Of a stretch of DNA of 64,000 nt, positions 49,890 through 61,400 are shown in pieces. A program made the position numbers and the translations under genes. Under the pieces are notes generated by a model. The model saw only the letters and a program-made list of their open reading frames with translations. It did not search any database and was not told where the DNA came from. The first letter of the stretch is position 1. The number at the start of each line of letters is the position of its first letter. Origin of the DNA: Eledone cirrhosa (taxonomy: Eukaryota); contig OZ024744.1 of the NCBI GenBank assembly GCA_964016885.1, positions 129,828,001-129,892,000 on the forward strand. The letters run 5' to 3'.

Positions 49890-52800
49890 AAGTTGGGGTT
49901 AATTTAAGTTGGGGTTAAGTTAAGTTGGGGTTAATTTAAGTTGGGGTTAAGTTAAGTCGGGGTTAAGTTAAGTTGGGGTTACGTTAAGTTGGGGGTAAGT
50001 TAAGTTGGTGGTAAGTTAAGTTGGGGGTAAGTTAAGTTGGGGTTAAGTTAAGTTGGAGTTAAGTTAAGTTGGGGGTAAGTTAAGTTGGGGTTAAGTTAAG
50101 TTGGGGTTAAGATAAGTTGGGGTTAAGTTAAGTTGGGGTTGAGCTAAGTTGGGGTTGAGTTAATTTGGGGTTAAGTTAAGTTGGGGTTAAGTTAAGTTGG
50201 GTTTAAGTTAAGTTGGGGTTAAGTTAAGTTGGGGTTAAATTAAGTTGGGGTTAAGCTAAGTTGGGGTTAAGTTAAATTGAGGTTAAGTTAAGTTGGGGTT
50301 AATTTAAGTTGGGGTTAAGCTAAGTTGGGGTTAAGTTAAATTGAGGTTAAGTTAAGTTGGGGTTAAGTTAAGTTGGGGTTAATTTAAGTTGGGGCTAAGT
50401 AAAGTTGGGGCTAAGTTAAGTGGGGGTTAAGTTAAGTTAGGGTTGAGTTAAGTTGGGGTTAAGTTAACTTTGGGTTAAGTTAAGTTGGGTTTGAATTAAG
50501 TTGGGGTTAATTAAGTTGGGGTTAAGTTAAGTTGGGGTTAAGTTAAGTTGCGGTTAAGTTAAGTTGAGGTTAAGTTAAGTTGGGGTTAAGTGAAGTTGGG
50601 GTTAAGTTAAGTTGGGGCTAAGTTAAGTTGGGGCTAAGTTAAGTTGGGGCTTAGTTAAGTTGGGGTTAAGTTAAGTTGGGGTTAAGTTAAGGTGAAGTTT
50701 AGTTAAGTTGGGGTCAACTAAAGTTGGGGTTAAGTTAAGTTGGGGTTCACTTAAGTTGGGGTTAAGTTAAGTTGGGGTTAAGTTAGATTGTTGTTAAGTT
50801 AAGTTGGGGTTAAGTTAAGTTGGGGTTAATTTAAGTTGGGGTTAATTTAAGTTGGGTCTAATTAAGTTGGGGTTAAGTTAAGTTGGGGTTAAGTTAAGTT
50901 GGGGTTAAGTTAAGTTGGGGTTAAGTTAAGTTGGGGTTAAGTTAAGTTGGGTTTACGTTAAGTTGGGGGTAAGTTAAGTTGGTGGTAAGTTAAGTTGGGG
51001 GATAGTTAAGATGGGGTTAAGTTAAGTTGGGGTTAATTTAATTTGGGGTTAAGTTAAGTTAGGGTTAAGTTAAGTTGGGGTTGAGTTAAGTCGGGGTTCA
51101 GTTAAGTTGGGGTTATGTTATGTTGGGGTTAAGTTAAGTTGGGGTTAAGTTAAGTTGGGGTTCAATTAAGTTGCGGGTAATTTAAGTTGGGGTTAAGTTA
51201 AGTTGGGGGTACGTTAAGTTGGGGGTAAGTTAAGTTGGGGTTAAGTTAAGTTGGGGTTAAGTTAAGTCGGGGTTAATTTAAGTTGGGGTTAAGTTAAGTT
51301 GGGGTTAAGTTAAGTTGGGATTAAGTTAAGTTGGGGTTAAGTTAAGTTGGGGTTGAGTTAAGTTGGGGTTAAGTTAGATTGTTGTTATGTTATTTTGGGG
51401 TTAAGTTAAGTTGCGGTTAAGTTAAGTTGGGGTAAAGTTAAGTTGGGGTTAAGTTAAGTTGGGGTTAAGTTAAGTTGGGGTTAAGTTAAGTTGGGGTTAA
51501 TTTAAGTTGGGGTTAAGTTAAGTCGGGGTTAAGTTAAGTTGGGGTTACGTTAAGTTGGGGGTAAGTTAAGTTGGTGGTAAGTTAAGTTGGGGGTAAGTTA
51601 AGATGGGGTTAAGTTAAGTTGGGGTTAATTTAATTTGGGGTTAAGTTAAGTTGGGGTTAAGTTAAGTTGGGGTTAAGTTAAGTTGGAGTTAAGTTAAGTT
51701 GGGGGTAAGTTAAGTTGGGGTTAAGTTAAGTTGGGGTTAAGATAAGTTGGGGTTAAGTTAAGTTGGGGTTGAGCTAAGTTGGGGTTGAGTTAATTTGGGG
51801 TTAAGTTAAGTTGGGGTTAAGTTAAGTTGGGTTTAAGTTAAGTTGGGGTTAAGTTAAGTTGGGGTTAAATTAAGTTGGGGTTAAGCTAAGTTGGGGTTAA
51901 GTTAAATTGAGGTTAAGTTAAGTTGGGGTTAATTTAAGTTGGGGTTAAGCTAAGTTGGGGTTAAGTTAAATTGAGGTTAAGTTAAGTTGGGGTTAAGTTA
52001 AGTTGGGGTTAATTTAAGTTGGGGCTAAGTAAAGTTGGGGCTAAGTTAAGTGGGGGTTAAGTTAAGTTAGGGTTGAGTTAAGTTGGGGTTAAGTTAACTT
52101 TGGGTTAAGTTAAGTTGGGTTTGAATTAAGTTGGGGTTAATTAAGTTGGGGTTAAGTTAAGTTGGGGTTAAGTTAAGTTGCGGTTAAGTTAAGTTGAGGT
52201 TAAGTTAAGTTGGGGTTAAGTGAAGTTGGGGTTAAGTTAAGTTGGGGCTAAGTTAAGTTGGGGCTAAGTTAAGTTGGGGCTTAGTTAAGTTGGGGTTAAG
52301 TTAAGTTGGGGTTAAGTTAAGGTGGGGTTTAGTTAAGTTGGGGTCAACTAAAGTTGGGGTTAAGTTAAGTTGGGGTTCACTTAAGTTGGGGTTAAGTTAA
52401 GTTGGGGTTAAGTTAGATTGTTGTTAAGTTAAGTTGGGGTTAAGTTAAGTTGGGGTTAATTTAAGTTGGGGTTAATTTAAGTTGGGTCTAATTAAGTTGG
52501 GGTTAAGTTAAGTTGGGGTTAAGTTAAGTTGGGGTTAAATTAAGTTGGGGTTAAGTTAAGTTGGGGTTAAGTTAAGTTGGGTTTGCGTTAAGTTGGGGGT
52601 AAGTTAAGTTGGTGGTAAGTTAAGTTGGGGGATAGTTAAGATGGGGTTAAGTTAAGTTGGGGTTAATTTAATTTGGGGTTAAGTTAAGTTAGGGTTAAGT
52701 TAAGTTGGGGTTGAGTTAAGTCGGGGTTCAGTTAAGTTGGGGTTATGTTATGTTGGGGTTAAGTTAAGTTGGGGTTAAGTTAAGTTGGGGTTCAATTAAG

Positions 52801-53135
52801 TTGCGGGTAATTTAAGTTGGGGTTAAGTTAAGTTGGGGGTACGTTAAGTTGGGGGTAAGTTAAGTTGGGGTTAAGTTAAGTTGGGGTTAAGTTAAGTCGG
52901 GGTTAATTTAAGTTGGGGTTAAGTTAAGTTGGGGTTAAGTTAAGTTGGGATTAAGTTAAGTTGGGGTTAAGTTAAGTTGGGGTTGAGTTAAGTTGGGGTT
53001 AAGTTAGATTGTTGTTATGTTATTTTGGGGTTAAGTTAAGTTGCGGTTAAGTTAAGTTGGGGTAAAGTTAAGTTGGGGTTAAGTTAAGTTGGGGTTAAGT
53101 TAAGTTGGGGTTAAGTTAAGTTGGGGTTAATTTAA
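49890..53135 (+). repeat. 1630-bp tandem duplication (second instance, paralogous to 13370-16610)
   Basis: TTAGATTGTTGTTATG at 51374/53004 (offset 1630). Both lie +36523 from 14851/16481. Confidence 0.85.
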
Positions 53136-56100
53136 GTTCGGGTTAAGTTAAGTTGGGGTTAATTTAAGTTGGGGTTAATTTAAGTTGGGGTCAAGTTAAG
53201 TTGGGGTTAAGTTAAGTTGGGGTAAAGTTAAGTTGGGGTTAAGTTAAGTTGGGGTTAAGTTAAGTTGGGGTTAAGTTGGGGTTAAGTTAAGTTAGGGTTA
53301 ACTTAAGTTGGGGTTGTGTTAAGTGGTGGTTATGTTAAGTGGTGGTTATGTTAAGTTGGGGTTAAGTTAAGTTGGGGTTAAGTTAAATTGGGGTTAAGTT
53401 AAGTTGCGGTTAATTTAAGTTGGGGTTAAGTTAAGTTGGGGTTAAGTTAATTAGGGTTAAGTTAAGTTGGGGTTAAGTTAAGTTGGGGTTAAGTTAAGTT
53501 GGGGTTAAGTTAAGTTGGGATTAAGTTAAGTTGGGGTTAAGTTAAGTCGGGGTTAAGTTAAGTTAGGGTTAAGTTAAGTTGGGGTTAATTTAAGTTGGGG
53601 TTAAGTTAAGTTGAGGTTAAATTTAAGTAGGGGTTAAATTATGTTGGGGTTAAGTTAAGTTGGGGATAAGTTAAGTTGGGCATAAGTTAAGTTGGGGTTA
53701 ATTAAGTTGGGTTTAAGTTAAGTTGGGGTTAAGTTAAGTTGGGGTTAAGTTAAGTTGGGGTTAAGTTAAGTTGGTTAGTTAAGTTGAGTTTAAGTTAAGT
53801 TGGGCTTAATTTAAGTTGGGGTTAAGTTAAGTTGGGGTTAAGTTAGATTGTTGTTAAGTTAAGTTGGGGTTAAGTTAAGTTGGGGTTAATTTAAGTTGGG
53901 GTTAATTTAAGTTGGGTCTAATTAAGTTGGGGTTAAGTTAAGTTGGGGGTAAGTTAAGTTGGGGTTAAGTAAAGTTGGGGTTAAGTTAAGTTGGGGTTAA
54001 GTTAAGTTAGGCTTAAGTTAAGTTGGGGTTAAGTTAAGTTGGGGGTGAGTTAAGTTGGGGGTAAGTTAAGTTGGGGTTAAGTTAAGTTGGGGTTAAGTTG
54101 GGGTTAAGTTTGTGTTAAGTTAATTTGGGGTTGAGTTAAGTTGGGGTTAAGTTAAGTGGTGGTTGTTAAGTTGGGGTTAAGTTAAGTTGGGGTTAATTTA
54201 AATTGGGGTTAATTTAACTTTGTTGTTAAGTTAAGTTGGGGTTAATTTAAGTTGGGGTTAAGTTAAGTTGGGGTTGAGTTAAGTTGGGGTTGAGTGAAGT
54301 TGGGGTTAAGTTAAGTTGGGGTTAAATTAAGTTGGGGTTAAGTTAAGTTGGGGTTAATTTAAGTTGGGGTTAAGTTAAGTTGGGGTTAAATTCAGTCGGG
54401 GTTAAGTTAAGTCGGGGTTAAGTTACGTTTGGGTTAAGTTAAGTTGGGGTTAAGTTAAGTTGGGGTTGAGTTAAGTTGGGGTTAAGTTAAGTTGGGGTTA
54501 AAATAAGTTGGGGTTAAGTTAAGTTGGGGTTGAGTTAAGTTGGGGTTGAGTTAATTTGGGGTTAAGTTACGTTGGGGTTAACTTAAGTTGGGTTTAATTT
54601 AAGTTGGGGTTAAGTTAAGTTGGGGTTAAATTAAGTTGGGTTTAAGTTAAGTTGGGGGTAAGATAAGTTGGGGTTAGTTAAGTTGCGGTTAAGTTAAGTT
54701 GGGGTTAAGTTAAGTTGGGGTTAAGTTAAGTTGGGGTTAAGTTAAGTTGGGGTTAATTTAAGTTGGGGTTAAGTTAAGTTGGGGTTAATTTAAGTTGGGG
54801 TTAATTTAAGTTGGGGTTAAGTTAAGTTGGGGTTAAGTTAAGTTGGGGTAAAGTTAAGTTGGGGGTAAGTTAAGTTGGGGTTAAGTTAAGTTGGGGTTAA
54901 GTTGGGGTTAAGTTAAGTTAGGGTTAACTTAAGTTGGGGTTGTGTTAAGTGGTGGTTATGTTAAGTGGTGGTTATGTTAAGTTGGGGTTAAGTTAAATTG
55001 GGGTTAAGTTAAGTTGCGGTTAAGTTAAGTTGGGGTTAAGTTAAGTTGGGGTTAAGTTAATTAGGGTTAAGTTAAGTTGGGGTTAAGTTAAGTTGGGGTT
55101 AAGTTAATTTGTTGTTAAGTTAAGTTGGGGTTAAGTTAAGTTGGGGTTAAGTTAAGTTGGGGATAAGTTAAGTTGGGGATAAGTTAAGTTGGGGTTAATT
55201 AAGTTGGGTTTAAGTTAAGTTGGGGTTAAGTTAAGTTGGGGTTAAGTTAAGTTGGGGTTAAGTTAAGTTGGTTAGTTAAGTTGAGTTTAAGTTAAGTTGG
55301 GCTTAATTTAAGTTGGGATTAAGTTAAGTTGGGGTTAAGTTAAGTTGGGGTTAAGTTAAGTTGGGGTTAAGTTAAGTTGGGGTTCAGTTAAGTTGGGGTT
55401 AAGTTAAGTTGGGGTTAAGTTGGGGTAAAATTAAGTTGGGGTTAAGTTAAGTTGGGGTTAAGTTAAGTTGGGGTTAAGTTAAGTTGCGGTTAAGTTAAGT
55501 TGAGGTTAAGTTAAGTTGGGGTTAAGTTAAGTTGGGGCTAAGTTAAGTTGGAGCTAAGTTAAGTTGGGGCTAAGTTAAGTTGGGGTTAAGTTAAGTTGGG
55601 GTTAAGTTAAGGTGGGGTTAAGTTAAGTTGGGGTCAACTTAAGTTGGGGTTAAGTTAAGTTGGGGTTAAGTTAAGTTGGGGTTAAGTTAAGTTGGGGTTA
55701 AGTTAAGTTGGGGTTAAGTTAAGTTGGGGGTCAGTTAAGTTGGTGGTAAGTTAAGTTGGGGGTAAGTTAAGATGGGGTAAAGTTAAGTTGGGGTTAATTT
55801 AATTTGGGGTTAAGTTAAGTTAGGGTTAAGTTAAGTTGGGGTTGAGTTAAGTTGGGGTTAAGTTAAGTTGGGGTTATGTTAAGTGGGGGTTAAGTTAAGT
55901 TGGGGTTAAGTTAAGTTGGGGTTCAATTAAGTTGCGGATAATTTAAGTTGGGGTTAAGTTAAGTTGGGGTTAAGTTAAGTTGGGGTTAAGTTAAGTTGGG
56001 GTTAAATTAAGTTGGGGTTAAATTAAGTTGGGGTTAAGTTAAGTTGGGGTTATGTTAAGTTGGTGTTAAGTTAAGTTGGGGTTAAGTTAAGTTGGGGTTA

Positions 56101-58419
56101 AGTTAGGTTGGTGTTAATTTAAGTTGGGGGTAAGTTAAGTTGGGGGTAAGTTAAGTTGGTGTTAAGTTAAGTTGGGGTTAAGTTAAGTTGGGGTTAAGTT
56201 AAGTTGGGTTTAAGTTAAGTTGGGGCTAAGTTAAGTTAGGGCTAAGTTAAGTTGGGGTTAAGTAAAGTTAGGGCTAAGTTAAGTTGGGGTTAAGTTAAGT
56301 TGAGGTTAATTTAAGTTGGGGTTACATTAAGTTGAGGTTAAGTTGTGGTTAAGTTAAGTTAGGGTTAATTTAAGTTAGGGTTATGTTAAGTTGGGGTTAA
56401 GTTAAGTTGGGGTTAAGTTAGGTTGGTGTTAAGTTAAGTTGGGGTTAAGTTAATTTGTGGTTAAGTTAAGTTGGGGTTAAGTTAAGTTGGGGTTAAGTTC
56501 AGTCGGGGTTAAGTTAAGTCGGGGTTAAGTTAAGTTGTGGTTAAGTTAAGTTGGGGTTAAGTTAAGTTGGGGTTAAAATAAGTTGGGGTTAAGTTAAGTT
56601 GGGGTTGAGTTAAGTTGGGGTTGAGTTAATTTGGGGTTAAGTTAAGTTGGGGTTAACTTAAGTTGGGTTTAATTTAAATTGGGGTTAATTTAAGTTGGGG
56701 TTAAATTAAGTTGGGGTTAAGTTAAGTTGGGGGTAAGATAAGTTGGGGTTAGTTAAGTTGCGGTTAAGTTAAGTTGGGGTTAAGTTAAGTCGGGGTTAAT
56801 TTAAGTTGGGGTTAAGTTAAGTTGGGGTTAAGTTAAGTTGGGATTAAGTTAAGTTGGGGTTAAGTTAAGTTGGGGTTGAGTTAAGTTGGGGTTAAGTTAG
56901 ATTGTTGTTATGTTATTTTGGGGTTAAGTTAAGTTGCGGTTAAGTTAAGTTGGGGTAAAGTTAAGTTGGGGTTAAGTTAAGTTGGGGTTAAGTTAAGTTG
57001 GGGTTAAGTTAAGTTGGGGTTAATTTAAGTTCGGGTTAAGTTAAGTTGGGGTTAATTTAAGTTGGGGTTAATTTAAGTTGGGGTCAAGTTAAGTTGGGGT
57101 TAAGTTAAGTTGGGGTAAAGTTAAGTTGGGGTTAAGTTAAGTTGGGGTTAAGTTAAGTTGGGGTTAAGTTGGGGTTAAGTTAAGTTAGGGTTAACTTAAG
57201 TTGGGGTTGTGTTAAGTGGTGGTTATGTTAAGTGGTGGTTATGTTAAGTTGGGGTTAAGTTAAGTTGGGGTTAAGTTAAATTGGGGTTAAGTTAAGTTGC
57301 GGTTAATTTAAGTTGGGGTTGAGTTAAGTTGGGGTTAAGTTAATTAGGGTTAAGTTAAGTTGGGGTTAAGTTAAGTTGGGGTTAAGTTAAGTTGGGGTTA
57401 AGTTAAGTTGGGATTAAGTTAAGTTGGGGTTAAGTTAAGTCGGGGTTAAGTTAAGTTAGGGTTAAGTTAAGTTGGGGTTAATTTAAGTTGGGGTTAAGTT
57501 AAGTTGAGGTTAAATTTAAGTAGGGGTTAAATTATGTTGGGGTTAAGTTAAGTTGGGGATAAGTTAAGTTGGGCATAAGTTAAGTTGGGGTTAATTAAGT
57601 TGGGTTTAAGTTAAGTTGGGGTTAAGTTAAGTTGGGGTTAAGTTAAGTTGGGGTTAAGTTAAGTTGGGGTTAAGTTGGGGTTAAGTTTGTGTTAAGTTAA
57701 TTTGGGGTTGAGTTAAGTGGTGGTTGTTAAGTTGGGGTTAAGTTAAGTTGGGGTTAATTTAAATTGGGGTTAATTTAACTTTGTTGTTAAGTTAAGTTGG
57801 GGTTAATTTAAGTTGGGGTTAAGTTAAGTTGGGGTTGAGTTAAGTTGGGGTTGAGTGAAGTTGGGGTTAAGTTAAGTTGGGGTTAAATTAAGTTGGGGTT
57901 AAGTTAAGTTGGGGTTAATTTAAGTTGGGGTTAAGTTAAGTTGGGGTTAAATTCAGTCGGGGTTAAGTTAAGTCGGGGTTAAGTTACGTTTGGGTTAAGT
58001 TAAGTTGGGGTTAAGTTAAGTTGGGGTTGAGTTAAGTTGGGGTTAAGTTAAGTTGGGGTTAAAATAAGTTGGGGTTAAGTTAAGTTGGGGTTGAGTTAAG
58101 TTGGGGTTGAGTTAATTTGGGGTTAAGTTACGTTGGGGTTAACTTAAGTTGGGTTTAATTTAAGTTGGGGTTAAGTTAAGTTGGGGTTAAATTAAGTTGG
58201 GTTTAAGTTAAGTTGGGGGTAAGATAAGTTGGGGTTAGTTAAGTTGCGGTTAAGTTAAGTTGGGGTTAAGTTAAGTTGGGGTTAAGTTAAGTTGGGGTTA
58301 AGTTAAGTTGGGGTTAATTTAAGTTGGGGTTAAGTTAAGTTGGGGTTAATTTAAGTTGGGGTTAATTTAAGTTGGGGTTAAGTTAAGTTGGGGTTAAGTT
58401 AAGTTGGGGTAAAGTTAAG

Positions 58420-61400
58420 TTGGGGGTAAGTTAAGTTGGGGTTAAGTTAAGTTGGGGTTAAGTTGGGGTTAAGTTAAGTTAGGGTTAACTTAAGTTGGGG
58501 TTGTGTTAAGTGGTGGTTATGTTAAGTGGTGGTTATGTTAAGTTGGGGTTAAGTTAAATTGGGGTTAAGTTAAGTTGCGGTTAAGTTAAGTTGGGGTTAA
58601 GTTAAGTTGGGGTTAAGTTAATTAGGGTTAAGTTAAGTTGGGGTTAAGTTAAGTTGGGGTTAAGTTAATTTGTTGTTAAGTTAAGTTGGGGTTAAGTTAA
58701 GTTGGGGTTAAGTTAAGTTGGGGATAAGTTAAGTTGGGGATAAGTTAAGTTGGGGTTAATTAAGTTGGGTTTAAGTTAAGTTGGGGTTAAGTTAAGTTGG
58801 GGTTAAGTTAAGTTGGGGTTAAGTTAAGTTGGTTAGTTAAGTTGAGTTTAAGTTAAGTTGGGCTTAATTTAAGTTGGGATTAAGTTAAGTTGGGGTTAAG
58901 TTAAGTTGGGGTTAAGTTAAGTTGGGGTTAAGTTAAGTTGGGGTTCAGTTAAGTTGGGGTTAAGTTAAGTTGGGGTTAAGTTGGGGTAAAATTAAGTTGG
59001 GGTTAAGTTAAGTTGGGGTTAAGTTAAGTTGGGGTTAAGTTAAGTTGCGGTTAAGTTAAGTTGAGGTTAAGTTAAGTTGGGGTTAAGTTAAGTTGGGGCT
59101 AAGTTAAGTTGGGGTTAAGTTAAGTTGGGGTTAAGTTAAGGTGGGGTTAAGTTAAGTTGGGGTCAACTTAAGTTGGGGTTAAGTTAAGTTGGGGTTAAGT
59201 TAAGTTGGGGTTAAGTTAAGTTGGGGTTAAGTTAAGTTGGGGTTAAGTTAAGTTGGGGGTCAGTTAAGTTGGTGGTAAGTTAAGTTGGGGGTAAGTTAAG
59301 ATGGGGTAAAGTTAAGTTGGGGTTAATTTAATTTGGGGTTAAGTTAAGTTAGGGTTAAGTTAAGTTGGGGTTGAGTTAAGTTGGGGTTAAGTTAAGTTGG
59401 GGTTATGTTAAGTGGGGGTTAAGTTAAGTTGGGGTTAAGTTAAGTTGGGGTTCAATTAAGTTGCGGATAATTTAAGTTGGGGTTAAGTTAAGTTGGGGTT
59501 AAGTTAAGTTGGGGTTAAGTTAAGTTGGGGTTAAATTAAGTTGGGGTTAAATTAAGTTGGGGTTAAGTTAAGTTGGGGTTATGTTAAGTTGGTGTTAAGT
59601 TAAGTTGGGGTTAAGTTAAGTTGGGGTTAAGTTAGGTTGGTGTTAATTTAAGTTGGGGGTAAGTTAAGTTGGGGGTAAGTTAAGTTGGTGTTAAGTTAAG
59701 TTGGGGTTAAGTTAAGTTGGGGTTAAGTTAAGTTGGGTTTAAGTTAAGTTGGGGCTAAGTTAAGTTAGGGCTAAGTTAAGTTGGGGTTAAGTAAAGTTAG
59801 GGCTAAGTTAAGTTGGGGTTAAGTTAAGTTGGGGTTAATTTAAGTTGGGGTTACATTAAGTTGAGGTTAAGTTGTGGTTAAGTTAAGTTAGGGTTAATTT
59901 AAGTTAGGGTTATGTTAAGTTGGGGTTAAGTTAAGTTGGGGTTAAGTTAGGTTGGTGTTAAGTTAAGTTGGGGTTAAGTTAATTTGTGGTTAAGTTAAGT
60001 TGGGGTTAAGTTAAGTTGGGGTTAAGTTCAGTCGGGGTTAAGTTAAGTCGGGGTTAAGTTAAGTTGTGGTTAAGTTAAGTTGGGGTTAAGTTAAGTTGGG
60101 GTTAAAATAAGTTGGGGTTAAGTTAAGTTGGGGTTGAGTTAAGTTGGGGTTGAGTTAATTTGGGGTTAAGTTAAGTTGGGGTTAACTTAAGTTGGGTTTA
60201 ATTTAAATTGGGGTTAATTTAAGTTGGGGTTAAATTAAGTTGGGGTTAAGTTAAGTTGGGGGTAAGATAAGTTGGGGTTAGTTAAGTTGCGGTTAAGTTA
60301 AGTTGGGGTAAAGTTAAGTTGGGGTTAAGTTAAGTTGGGGTTAAGTTAAGTTGGGGTTAAGTTAAGTTCGGGTTAATTTAAGTTGGGGTTAAGTTAAGTT
60401 GGGGTTAATTTAAGTTGGGGTTAATTTAAGTTGGGGTCAAGTTAAGTTGGGGTTAAGTTAAGTTGGGGTAAAGTTAAGTTGGGGTTAAGTTAAGTTGGGG
60501 TTAAGTTAAGTTGGGGTTAAGTTGGGGTTAAGTTAAGTTAGGGTTAACTTAAGTTTGGGTTGTGTTAAGTGGTGGTTATGTTAAGTGGTGGTTATGTTAA
60601 GTTGGGGTTAAGTTAAGTTGGGGTTAAGTTAAATTGGGGTTAAGTTAAGTTGCGGCTAATTTAAGTTGGGGTTAAGTTAAGTTGGGGTTAAGTTAATTAG
60701 GGTTAAGTTAAGTTGGGGTTTAGTTAAGTTGGGGTTAAGTTAAGTTGGGGTTAAGTTAAGTCGGGGTTAAGTTAAGTTAGGGTTAAGTTAAGTTGGGGTT
60801 AATTTAAGTTGGGGTTAAGTTAAGTTGAGGTTAAATTTAAGTAGGGGTTAAATTATGTTGGGGTTAAGTTAAGTTGGGGATAAGTTAAGTTGGGGATAAG
60901 TTAAGTTGGGGTTAATTAAGTTGGGTTTAAGTTAAGTTGGGGTTAAGTTAAGTTGGGTTAAGTTAAGTTGGGGTTAAGTTAAGTTGGTTAGTTAAGTTGA
61001 GTTTAAGTTAAGTTGGGCTTAATTTAAGTTGGGGTTAAGTTAATTTGGGGTTAAGTTAAGTTGGGGTTAAGTTAAGTTGGGGTTAAGTTAAGTTGGGGTT
61101 CAGTTAAGTTGGGGTTAATTTAAGTTGGGGTTAAGTTGGGGTAAAGTTAAGTTGGGGTTAAGTTAAGTTGGGGTTAAGTTAAGTTGGGGTTAAGTTAAGT
61201 TGCGGTTCAGTTAAGTTGAGGTTAAGTTAAGTTGGGGTTAAGTTAAGTTGGGGTTAAGTTAAGTTGGGGCTAAGTTAAGTTGGGGCTAAGTTAAGTTGGG
61301 GCTAAGTTAAGTTGGGGTTAAGTTAACTTTGGGTTAAGTTAAGTTGGGTTTGAGTTAAGTTGGGGTTAATTAAGTTGGGGTTAAGTTAAGTTGGGGTTAA

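Larger units (their letters stand above)
36460..55135 (+). repeat. ~18-kb block duplicating ~290-18535 (offset ~36.1-36.6 kb)
   Basis: Landmark offsets: 36171 (416/36587; 2006/38177), 36097 (6357/42454), 36145 (8011/44156), 36523 (14851/51374), 36602 (TTTGTG 17507/54109). Confidence 0.88.
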
